Source: Piedraia hortae CBS 480.64 (lineage: Eukaryota). From it: a stretch of 64,000 nt of DNA. The stretch lies in contig MU006022.1 of assembly GCA_010093745.1 (NCBI GenBank), forward strand, positions 1 to 64,000, read 5' to 3'. The notes beneath the pieces were generated by a model. It had not been told where the DNA came from, did not search any database, and worked only from the letters and a program-made list of their open reading frames with translations. Shown here one piece after another: positions 13,138-23,415 of this stretch. How positions within the stretch are numbered: position 1 is the stretch's first letter; the number at the start of each line of letters is the position of its first letter. The position numbers and the translations under genes are program-made.

Positions 13138-14460
13138 ATGCCAAAGCGAAAGGCCGAGCAAGCAGAGGGAGCACAGATGGATCAAGAGACTAAGGCGCAA
13201 GAAAAGGGCTCTCTGGACGAAACTAAAGGTAAGAAGCGGCGGAGAGGGGGTGCGCAACGCAATTCCCCATCGCCAGAGGTCGCCTCCAACTTTCCCAAAA
13301 CAAGTAAAAAGACCAAGTCAAAACCGAAGTCCAGAGCCAACAACATGGTCAAAAGCCTAGTAGAAATCCAGGAAATGCCCGCGCGTCCCACTGGTCCTCT
13401 AAAATTTGGCGCACACACCTCAGCAGCTGGAGGCGTACACGAAGCGCCGATACGTGCAGCAAGCATTGGAGCAAATGCATTTGCACTCTTCTTGACGAAT
13501 CAACGACAATGGGCTCGCAGTACTCTCAGCGAAGAAGTTATAACCCAGTTCAGGGCACGTTGCGCCGAACAAAAATATCCGTCAAGCTTGATGGTACCAC
13601 ACGGGAGTTACCTAGTCAATCTTGCACATACGGATCCTGTCCGAGCCGAGCAGGCATACGCTGCTCATCTTGACGATCTGAAGCGCTGCGCAGCACTGGG
13701 GATTGGCCTGTACAATTTTCATCCGGGAAGCAATCAATGTGGAGACCGGGCAAAGGCAGTCGCTCAGCTTGCGGCCCAGATCAACAGGGCGCATGACGCT
13801 ACTCCAGGGAGCACAGTGGTGACATTACTCGAGAATATGGCTGGACACGGCAATACCCTAGGCGGAACGTTTGAAGAGCTCCGCGAGATGATAGACCTCG
13901 TCAAAGACAAATCCAGGATCGGTGTTTGTCTGGACACATGCCACACGTTTGCGGCAGGATACGACCTGCGCTCTCCCACGTCCTATAAACAGACCATGGA
14001 GTTGTTCGATTCTATTATCGGGATGAAATTTCTCCGTGCCCTTCACGTGAATGACTCCAAAGCCCCGCTAGGCTCGAAAAGAGACCTGCATGCAAACATT
14101 GGAACTGGATTCCTGGGTCTTAGGGCGTTTCACAGTTTAGTCAACGACCAGCGTATGGAAGGGATCCCGTTGATATTGGAAACGCCCATTGAGGTTACAG
14201 ATGAGAACGGCGTGAAGCAAACGAATGAGAAGGGAAAACCTGTTGAAGATAAGAATATTTGGAAAGAGGAAATCGTAATGTTGGATTCTTTGAGGGGAAT
14301 GGATGTCGAGAGTGAGCATTTCAAGGAAATGGAAACGAAGTTGGAAAGAAAGGGGGAGGCAGAGAGGAAAAGGATAATGGGACAGGTAGATAAAAAGGGT
14401 AAACCGAAGAAGACGAAGGGAAAGGCGGTGGAGAGTAATTCTGATAGTGAAAGCGGGTAG
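13138..14460 (+). CDS. APN1: AP endonuclease 1 (endonuclease IV family)
   Basis: Motifs GAHTSAAGG, PHGSYLVNL, YNFHPG, LENMAG, GVCLDTCHTFAAGYD, HVNDSK, DLHANIG and ILETP. Basic N- and C-terminal tails. Confidence 0.95.
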   Translation: MPKRKAEQAEGAQMDQETKAQEKGSLDETKGKKRRRGGAQRNSPSPEVASNFPKTSKKTKSKPKSRANNMVKSLVEIQEMPARPTGPLKFGAHTSAAGGVHEAPIRAASIGANAFALFLTNQRQWARSTLSEEVITQFRARCAEQKYPSSLMVPHGSYLVNLAHTDPVRAEQAYAAHLDDLKRCAALGIGLYNFHPGSNQCGDRAKAVAQLAAQINRAHDATPGSTVVTLLENMAGHGNTLGGTFEELREMIDLVKDKSRIGVCLDTCHTFAAGYDLRSPTSYKQTMELFDSIIGMKFLRALHVNDSKAPLGSKRDLHANIGTGFLGLRAFHSLVNDQRMEGIPLILETPIEVTDENGVKQTNEKGKPVEDKNIWKEEIVMLDSLRGMDVESEHFKEMETKLERKGEAERKRIMGQVDKKGKPKKTKGKAVESNSDSESG

Positions 14461-14587
14461 AACCACGTTGGAAAGGAGTCCACTCATCTCGAGCTCTACT
14501 CAATTGAAAAGAAGCAACATGTCAGTCTGGCGACCTGCCTGATCCGATTTCGCATAGCGTCGTAAAAGGATTGGTTTGTTTCATCAA

Positions 14588-16412
14588 TCAGTGCTTCACG
14601 CTCCAGATTCTAACCGCGCCATCGGTACCGCATGACATGACTCTATCTCCGCCCCAAGCAACAGCACCAACCCCTTCTTTGTGCGCATTAAGAGCTTTGA
14701 TCCTCAATCCAGGATCCGCTACGCTCCAGACGAAGACATTGGTATCTAGGCCGCCCGAAACAGCCCAATTCCCGTCCGGACTCCAATCCAATGATGTCAC
14801 TCGTGCGGTGTGCGCCGACCAGCGATTTGTCTCCAGCTTCCAGCCATAATCCCCGTGTCCGCTGATGCGTGCATAAACAAATATCTTGCCGTTTGAGAGG
14901 CCGATTGCTAGTCTGCCGCCATCAGGAGAAAATGATAGTGCCGTGGGCTGATAACCGACCTCCAATTTGCCTGCGTCGGAGAAGGCTGAAGACAAAATGT
15001 AAGTAGTCTTGTCCTCGCTACCCACGGCAACAAGATCGGTAGTTGCTGCTATGGACAGTGGTGTTGGCAAATCGATGTCCTTGCCGTCAGGGAAGGAGAG
15101 GAGACCAGTTCCTGTTGCAACGATGCATTTGCCTCCTATGATTGCCACGCCTCTTGGCTGGCTAGTCGTTTTGCTCAGCAGTTTCATCTCCTGCCCAAGA
15201 TTGCGTAGGGTGTCATCCCATCCCACGGAGAAGATCTGTCCACCCGAGACCGTCATACCGGAGATGTAATTTGCATGGACCTCGCCAGTGGGTGCGGATG
15301 CAACTCCGTTGGCGTCCCATACGCGCATCTTCCCATCGGAAGAACCTGTGCAGAGCACGTTGGTCTCCTCGACGTATGCTGCGGCCGTGATAGCCTTTTG
15401 ATGCCCGCGCACGATGCGGACGGGGCCTGACCCCTGGTCGAGAAGGAGATAGTTGAGATTTCCCTCCAAGTCAAGCGAGATGATGAGACCATCCTTACGC
15501 CCCGCCGGCCACGTCACGCCTACTTGCTGGTTGGGAACGCCCTCTCCCATACGCCACACACGCACGCACTGCCCACTGTCGACTTCCCACACGCGAACAG
15601 TCTGATCACCGCTGCAAGTGACTATCATCTTTCCATCCGGCGACCAGGCAACACCAAATATGCTGCTTGTGTGCTCGCCCTCGCCAATGGACTTGACGAC
15701 TTCACCCGACACACCATTGTAGAGCCAAATACGGCGGTCGCTGCCGACGCTGACCAACAAAGCGCCATCCGGCGAGAAAGCGGCGCCGTAGACATACTTA
15801 TCATGGCAATCGCGCATGTTTGTGTTGAACTTGAACGGCGCGCCGTGAAAAAAACACAGGCTGGTGTCGTCCGAACCTGTGGCGGCGCGCAGAGGCCGAC
15901 AGGGACGAATGCTGACACAGTTGATGGGGCCGCTGTGGCCGCTGATTTCACCCACACTGTTTCCCGAGTCGGCAGTAAAGCAGTGGCCGTAGCGCTGCTT
16001 GCCGTCTCCAACAGCAATAATTCGCTGACTGTCGCCATCCCAGGCAATATCATTGATGCGCCCAGCTATAACATGGTACTCGCCTTTGGTCTGCTCCGCG
16101 CCTGCCGCATCCCACACCCGCACACTGCCCGTCACATCGCCACTGGCCACGTAAAAGCCAGATGGTGAGAAGCGAGCAACGGTTGTGGTGGCCGTGTGAC
16201 CTGTATATTGCTTGGATACGGATGGATTATCAATAGACCGCACAAAGATGGATTTGTTGGCGGCATACGCAAGCCATTTCCCCCGGGCGTCCGACGACAG
16301 GGGCGTTGGAGCCCCGCGAGTGGTGGACGGCGCTGCGGCCCAGATGGCCTCTGGAGTTATAGTTAGCACTACTTTTTGACGGAACACATGGCTTACCTGC
16401 GGTAATGGACAT
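14588..16412 (-). CDS. AIP1: Actin-interacting protein 1, WD40 (2 exons; intron 16351-16396)
   Basis: MSITA|EAIWAAAPSTTRG, ARFSPSGFYVASGD, DIAWDGDSQRIIAVGDG, DSGNSVGEISGH, GAPFKF. Confidence 0.92.
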
Positions 16413-16584
16413 GACAGGTGTTGAGACGCGGTACCAGTGGGTGATGGGCTGGTGGAGTATGGTGGGGTGGGGTGGGGTGGACGACGACAGGAAAGGGACT
16501 CATTACCCAAGAGCAAACATAATACGCTACACAGCCTCTCATGAATCGTTACATAGTCTTCCGCGATTATTACGTAGACGCAAG

Positions 16585-17628
16585 TCACGTCGCTGCTTGC
16601 TGCTGATTCAAGTTGATCTGCTGAAACTGTTCAGGAAGCTGCTGCACTACTTCGGCCGGAGTCGGTCCCATATTTCCAGTCACGTAGTTCCCAGAATTCA
16701 CGGAGACCTGTCCAGGTGCATTTACTGACGTCGTATTCTCAGTCATGCTCGGCGAAATATTTTCCGGTTGCACGGCGTTAGAACCAACTCTGCTCAGTGA
16801 GCTTTGGATGGGGCTATAGGACGGCGACCAGCTGCGCAAAGCGGCTTCAGCATCGTTGAGGGCCTCGCGAGCGGCAGATGCGTTGTTGAACGGTGGCCGT
16901 GTCTCCCCGGGTGCTATAGGGGTATCGTCAACTAGGTTGAGCAGCCGCCGGGCCTGCTGAGCCAGAAGAAGCTGCTTCTCAGCTCTCTCGATGGCAGCAG
17001 CTGTATGGACGTCAAACGCCTCTTTGAACTTTTGTCGGGTAACATTAGAGAGTTGAGCATCGGCCACAAGACACTGAGCTTCGGCTCGAACCAACTCCTG
17101 CTCCAAAGTGACCAGCTTGGTGGACTCAGGCTCCTTGAACTTGAGCTTTTGAATTTCCTCCTGGACCTATCTATGTTAGAAATGGGGGATCTTCATCGAG
17201 TTAGCCCCTACCTTGATTTTGTGCGTCCGGCTCGGCTGGACAGAGTGCTCAATATTACGGATCTGCTTCAGAATACCCCGACTTTCCTCAAGATTCTGGG
17301 CATAGATATCCTCCTGCTCAGCCATTTCCGACAGAAGCACAGCCACCTTGTCTGAGACATCTAAAATGGTATCATCTTCAGTGCCTTCACCCCAAGTGCT
17401 CAACTGAGATGCGATGCCACGCGATTCTCGGCTTGCAACTTCATAGGAGCTGATTTGATGCTTCTGCGTTTTAATGAGCTTGTACAGGCGTCTTGAGATG
17501 TCCGGTTGTTGAGTTCCGCGTAGAGACGACAATCCGAAGTGACGACGCCCCGACGAGCGGGTGTCATTCTCGCTCTTTTTGGAGCGGGTGGATTGAGACC
17601 GGTTAAGCCTATTGCCGTAAGCATTCAT
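16585..17628 (-). CDS. Eisosome BAR-domain protein, Pil1/Lsp1 family (2 exons; intron 17167-17211)
   Basis: QLSTWG, DVSDKVAVLL, LKQIRNIEHSVQPSR, KLVTLEQELVRAEAQCLVADAQLSNVTRQKFKEA. The paralog (PilA vs PilB) is not resolved. Confidence 0.9.
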
Positions 17629-17839
17629 CTCGGTAAAGGTCGAGAGGCATACATTGTGCCTTGTGACGAGTATCAAAGCTGAAGGCGCGAGGAATGTTTG
17701 CTTTCAGGCATGCACACTGGGTGAGAAACGTACGATAGCGAAATACGTCATCGGTTGCTGCAGAATGAAGTCATCAATTTCATCTCGTGCTCTCTACATA
17801 CAGTATCGCCCCATTCTTCAAGCCAATTTCCCCAAACAC

Positions 17840-18130
17840 TCATTGAATGTACGTTGTCTGTCGCTTGTGGTAGTAGCCATTTGGATGATGATGGCCATGA
17901 GAGTGGCCATGCCCGTGTCCGTGCCCGTTATGATGACTGTGATGATGATAATGGCCGTGGGTGTGGCCAAGGTCGTGGCTATGATGGTGCTTATGGTGGG
18001 GCAGGTCGCTGCGGTGCCTTACGACCACGGCTTGTCGAGGCGGTTCGCCGGGAAAGTAGCGCACTGAGCGCGGAGCATAAGATGGCTCACGGACAATGAC
18101 TCGCTTTTTGGAATTTCGAATGAAACACAT
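17840..18130 (-). CDS. His/Gly-rich small protein (96 aa)
   Basis: ATG 18130: MCFIRNSKKRVIVREPSYAP...HHKHHHSHDLGHTHGHYHHHSHHNGHGHGHGHSHGHHHP. Mixed CAT/CAC codons argue for coding rather than a microsatellite. Confidence 0.55.
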   Translation of the reverse strand: MCFIRNSKKRVIVREPSYAPRSVRYFPGEPPRQAVVVRHRSDLPHHKHHHSHDLGHTHGHYHHHSHHNGHGHGHGHSHGHHHPNGYYHKRQTTYIQ

Positions 18131-18785
18131 AATACCAGGTTGTCTTGATATAATATTGTATGATAGTACGGGACAATTGTGACCGCAAATGCTACAGTAA
18201 ATGGTAGTGGCAATTCCATGACGCAGGCCAAGCCTCGGTCCAAGGATAAAAGTATCATAGATACTCAACACGCTGCCACTCGTACTGCTGCCCAGTGGCG
18301 AATCTCTACCTTGTATGAAGAAGCTTCTCAAGGTGAACCAGGTATACTAGTGAGCCGTGGGCAGGAAGAGCTCAAGGTCGGCAGTGAAGGGGCGCAAAGA
18401 AACTGGCTTTGAAGCGTTTCAGAAACTGGCTTTGACAGCTAATAGCTCTTGCAAGCATATACATGTCGTACTATGAGAAAGCATTAATGCATATGCAAAC
18501 ATCATATATTATCTTATGAAGTGCTTCTCTCGGATGGTGCAGCTCCAGAATTACATGGCCAGAAAGCAAAAACGTTTAATGTGGAAGAAGCAACGTCGGA
18601 CGATACATCAGTGATATGCGTACTGCTCGTGCACTGGAATGTAGAAGGGAAAACGGCCGAAGCATCGAGGTGTTCGCAAAGCGCGCTAGTGGGAGGGCGG
18701 CTTTGAGCCTAACCGAAAGTGGAAATAACCAGCCTTCGTTCACGCGCGCAAAACGTCGCGCGCGTTCAACACAAGTAAATCCAAC

Positions 18786-20391
18786 ATGCAAAACCCTAAC
18801 CAGGGCGTCGCAAAACCCTTGGTATGTGTGCCAAGCTCGTTTTGGAGCTGCGCTTACCCTTTAGCAAAATCATGTCCACCTCATTTCCGGCCATCGTTTC
18901 CCAAATCTACCCACGATAAGCCTAGAACAAGTGGTGCGCTATCTAGTCGATGCACCAACGATCGCCAAGTCGATGGCCCCGATGGCCTGGCACTACGTGA
19001 CTTGTCCACCTGATGGTACCCTGTGGTTGGAATGGCTGCCACCGGAGAAAATGGTAGCGAACGCGCGTTACCCTTCAGATGGTTATGTCTGGGGAGACCA
19101 GGAAATGCCATATCGACAGAGCATTAATGGATACACGCTTGAGATTATGGACCATACGATTGGCTTCCGCTACGGTTTGGAGGCGATGGCCCAACACGCA
19201 CGCACGCGTTACCACCTATTGGCTAAGGCTCCAAATGTCAACGCTGCTCCACCTGATCCAAGTCTATGGCTAGTGCACTATCATCCAGCTGATCAGCGGC
19301 GTGTGTTGCCAAGCCAACAAGTGCCCATACCCCAAGCAGTACAAATATCTCTGAGCGAGCGTCAATGGCTGGAAAGCCAGGGCAAGCTTGAGCGAAAGGA
19401 CTTTATGCTCCACGACCGCTCTAGCTGGCCCATGATATACGTACCTAGCCAGGCAAGAGCGGTGCAAAGAGGGTTCGGCAGCACTCCAGGTCAACGGTTC
19501 CCGCCCCAGTTAGTGGGCGGTACTGTTGGACCAGTCACCAAACGGCAGCGACTCAGCCAGTCAGGTGAGCTCGCTGACACTAACATCGAAGACGAGGAAA
19601 ACACAACGCTGGGCGACTTTTTCGACCATCTTACTGCGCGAGATGTCAGCTTGGCTCGATACTTGCAGCACCACCGTTGGATCGAAGAGGTATTCTCGTC
19701 TCCTTACGCAAGCGAGCAAATAGTTCCAATGGATCTCGGGCTGGGGCTCGCAGGTGAACTACGTGGATTGACTGAAGGAATTTTGGACCCCCCAGCATCC
19801 GTCAGTGAGCGAGAGCGAACAGCGGAGCCAAGCGAAGCGCAACCTTTTGCCATTAGCCCCGCCCAGCTTGAAGAATTCATAGGCCGAATGCAAAAGCACT
19901 TGGAAGAGGGCCGGGAGGACCTGGAGCGCATCAAATCAGAGCACTCGGCTAGGATGGCCCAGTGGAAACAACCAAATGCTCTAATGCAGGCGGCACAGAA
20001 GCTGCGACAAGCTCCGTGGAGGGTGGCGGCCGAGCCGTCGACGATTAAGTTTGATATGGCAGATGGCAGCGGCGAACCAGTGGAACAGATAGTGGAGGAG
20101 ATGGAGACGGCACTTGGAGCGCGCATCCGACCGTACAGTAATGCAAAGCTGGTGGACCGAGGCGGTCTGGAAGACGACCGGCTCATGCCAACCCTGCAGA
20201 CAGTGCAAGCCTCAGAATTGGAGACGGCGCCCAACGGGCCAGACGATCCTGCGACTGCCATGCAGCCAGCAATGACGCTCGATATGAACGCTGGCTTGGA
20301 TATGGACGTCGACACAAACGAGTTTCCGTTCGATGTCGGTCTAGAGGGAGATGGGCAATTTTCCTCTGCCTTTGGGAACTGGAATGATTGA
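18786..20391 (+). CDS. SSR4: SWI/SNF and RSC subunit Ssr4 (DUF1750) (2 exons; intron 18822-18864)
   Basis: Splicing gives MQNPNQGVAKPL|QNHVHLISGHRFP...YLVDAP. Conserved PPDGT, PSDGYVW, DPSLWLVHY, GDFFDHLTARD and HHRWIEEVFSSPY. Confidence 0.82.
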
Positions 20392-20808
20392 TTGTACGCC
20401 TATGTGGTTCAAGGAACAATTGTAGTGTACTTTTACATGACGCAGTAGCGTCTCAGCCATGTGGGATCTTGCATGCAGACGACAGTGGGGTTTTGCTTTG
20501 TGCCTCACGTGATGTACTAGTTCAGCGGGAGGCGCCTTGCGGCCACGTTTTTTGGCCGGGGCCGGGCACGTGTTTCCGCACGTGCATCTGGAAAAAAAAG
20601 GTCCCGTTTCTTGCGCCTGTAGTTACATGTCCTCCCGCAGCGAACCTAAAGCAGAAACGAAGGAAGTGCTGACGGGGCGCCCCGACTGGTTCCTTTTTTG
20701 GCTCGCACCCCGCGCCGAATTCAGTTCTGATGACCCCAGTTTTTACGCATCCGTCCTCTGCATAACTCTCCAGTACTTGCCCAAAATTTTCTAATCAGCA
20801 GGCTCAAC

Positions 20809-21610
20809 ATGGCTAACAACGGCAAAATGACACTCTACAAGCTGGTGGTGCTTGGTGACGGTGGCGTGGGCAAGACGGCATTGACAATACAGGTAGGCAA
20901 CTGCTTGATCCCAGGCCCAGACTCAGGAAGGAGAGCTAAATTGCGCGGCGCAGCTTTGTCTCAATCACTTCGTGGAAACCTATGATCCGACCATTGAAGA
21001 CTCTTATCGTAAGCAAGTGCTTATTGACAGTCAGTCATGCATGCTGGAGGTTCTTGACACTGCGGGCCAGGAGGAATATACAGCATTGCGCGATCAGTGG
21101 ATTCGTGATGGAGAGGGTTTTGTCCTGGTGTACTCGGTCTCTTCGAGGTCGTCGTTTGTTCGAGTCCAGCGCTTCCACCATCACGTGCAGCGTATCAAAG
21201 GAACATCTACCACAGCGTTGCCAGCCTACCCGGGCTCGCCAGCAGGCTTGCCGTCCAGCCCGCCACCGGGCCCGGCGCCAGTGATGCTGGTGGGTAACAA
21301 GTGCGATCGCGTGACGGAACGCGAAGTGTCGACACAAGAGGGTAGTGCACTGGCGAAACAGCTCAACTGCGACTTTGTCGAGGCCTCGGCCAAGACTTGT
21401 ATCAATGTGGAAAAGGCCTTCTACGACGTGGTTCGGCAGCTGCGAAAGCAGCGAGCCGGCCTCACTGATGCCACCCCCACCGCTGGTCCCGACCCGCCAG
21501 TAAACGGCCAACCGGACCGGCCCCGCGATCCGGAACGATATTACTCCGAAAAGTCGCGTCCCAAAAAGAGCCGGCGCGCGGTCAAGCTTCTAAAATGCGT
21601 CATATTGTGA
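20809..21610 (+). CDS. RAS2: Ras-family GTPase, Ras2/RasB type (2 exons; intron 20893-20953)
   Basis: YKLVVLGDGGVGKTALTIQ|LCLNHFVETYDPTIEDSY, DTAGQEEY, NKCD, EASAK; CAAX box CVIL. Confidence 0.95.
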
Positions 21611-21960
21611 CGCTTGATGATTGCATGAAACTGCTTGGGCACAAAGATTACAAAGACGGGAACCTCTGGGTGGTGGAAAGGGAGGCTGAAAATGACGATA
21701 TGATGAGTAGTCTAATAGCTAATGAGCATCTTTTGTAGTTATACCAAAACCTTTCTCCTTCTACGCGGCGGTTAGTGGGTTACGTACAAGGATGATTACT
21801 CGCCATGTGAGCCAGGCTGCCAAGTCCTGCGAACAACCTTGTGGTCTTGGCGTGCGAGCTCGGCTGCATGCCTCACACCGGGCGAAATTGCATCGGTATT
21901 ATTGCATCGTCTTGGCGCTGCACAATCATAAACTAATCATGCATAAGGATTGATAAGTTC

Positions 21961-23307
21961 CTACGCGTTCACGCCCACGCCATCTTCCCCCCTGAGCTTG
22001 GCGAAATATTCCCTAATGTCCTCAGCACCGACCATTTCGCCACTCTCGGCATATGGCCTGAGGAACTCCTTGACCTTGTCTTTGAGATGCTGATAAGCCA
22101 TTACACCCTCAATTGCCCTGACTCTGTCCATGTTAGAAAGGGCAGCTTCGCCTTTTTCTAATAAGGATGTGCCTTTGCCGCTCTCACCATCCGTCTCTGA
22201 AATGGGAGGCGCATAATCCTCCTCTTCTTCCAGTAGTTGCTTGTGTTTAGCTACCAGCGGGAAGCAAGCCGCACAATGGCAAATGTGGTCGCGGAAGGAG
22301 GAAGTGAGAAATAGCGTTACAGCTCCGGGAGCCGCTTGGGGGAGCCATTCGTGAAGGGGTTTATCGTCCAACTTGGACCGCTTAGAAGGCTCATCGGGCG
22401 ACGAAAGGCGGCGTTTGTGGGGATTTGTTGAGGGGACATGTATTTGCTCAGCATCCACACTTGACGATCCTGGCATCGATGCTCCCGCTTCCGCCGGCAG
22501 AGGCTCACTTGGCCTGGTTAATTGGGCAGGCATTCCGGGAAGATCCTCCAATTTGGGCAGGACTGGCGCACCAGGCGTTTTTGGCAGGTCATCTCGCGGG
22601 GCTGTGTCCGCAGGATCGATCGAAAGAGGTACAATGGGCCCGTCTGCAGACACGGCTGGTAAAAATCCCTTGGCTCCAGCATATTGCTTGATCCATGGAA
22701 ACGCCTCGACGCACTTATAGCAGATCAAGTACTCAAAAGAGTTATCGTCAGGAAAACTGGATGGAGGGTTACTGTCCTTTGACCTGGGCAGGCCCATGAG
22801 GCACTCTACATGCCACCAATCTTCGCCGCAGCCGCCTTCTTCCACCGTACCCAAACCTAGGCACTGGTACATTACACTTCTTTCTACTTCGGGATCATAC
22901 TTTTCGTTGCAGGCGCAAAACTGGCCCTTGAAATTGTGGCTATATCTGTTTCCTTTGCTTGCTTCATCGTTGGTGACGCTTCCTCGAAGCGTGCAGGGCT
23001 TTCCCTCCAGACGTGTTGTGCCGCAGTCGCACTCGAAGTCTCGTTTGCAGAAAAGCTCTACAAGGTCATGTTCGCCGTGACAGCTAATACTGCACGCGTA
23101 ACACAACCCTGCAGGCTCGTTTTCACCTGAAGGTGAGCAAGTCATGCAAGCGAAAACCGACTGGCGCAGCGGACCCAATGGCTTGCTGCATTTGTCGAAC
23201 CTGTATGGCAGAGCATCACGGGCTTCTGTTTCTAGTCGCAGCTGTTCTGCAATATACTCTTGGGCGGTCTGTGACGATGCGCTTGGTACAGGAGAGTCTC
23301 TTGTCAT
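21961..23307 (-). CDS. MLO2: UBR-type zinc finger/PHD protein Mlo2 (UBR7 family)
   Basis: RQSVFACMTC, CYACSISCHGEHDLVELFCKRDFECDCG, MYQC..CGEDWWH, DRVRAIEGVMAYQHLKDKVKEFLRPYAESG. Confidence 0.88.
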   Translation of the reverse strand: MTRDSPVPSASSQTAQEYIAEQLRLETEARDALPYRFDKCSKPLGPLRQSVFACMTCSPSGENEPAGLCYACSISCHGEHDLVELFCKRDFECDCGTTRLEGKPCTLRGSVTNDEASKGNRYSHNFKGQFCACNEKYDPEVERSVMYQCLGLGTVEEGGCGEDWWHVECLMGLPRSKDSNPPSSFPDDNSFEYLICYKCVEAFPWIKQYAGAKGFLPAVSADGPIVPLSIDPADTAPRDDLPKTPGAPVLPKLEDLPGMPAQLTRPSEPLPAEAGASMPGSSSVDAEQIHVPSTNPHKRRLSSPDEPSKRSKLDDKPLHEWLPQAAPGAVTLFLTSSFRDHICHCAACFPLVAKHKQLLEEEEDYAPPISETDGESGKGTSLLEKGEAALSNMDRVRAIEGVMAYQHLKDKVKEFLRPYAESGEMVGAEDIREYFAKLRGEDGVGVNA

Positions 23308-23325
23308 CTTTGGATGCGTGTGAGA

Positions 23326-23353
23326 TGGACGTGACGTGACGCGTGACGTGGAC
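23326..23353. promoter_or_regulatory. Tandem (T)GACG repeat with an MCB site in the Mlo2/MCM2 divergent promoter
   Basis: GGACGTGACGTGACGCGTGACGTGGAC contains repeated TGACG units and one ACGCGT. Confidence 0.5.
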
Positions 23354-23415
23354 AAATGGAGAACGCGGGGAATGTGGGAAGTTAAATCCCACTCTCGGCC
23401 CGTCCCTTAGCGCGT

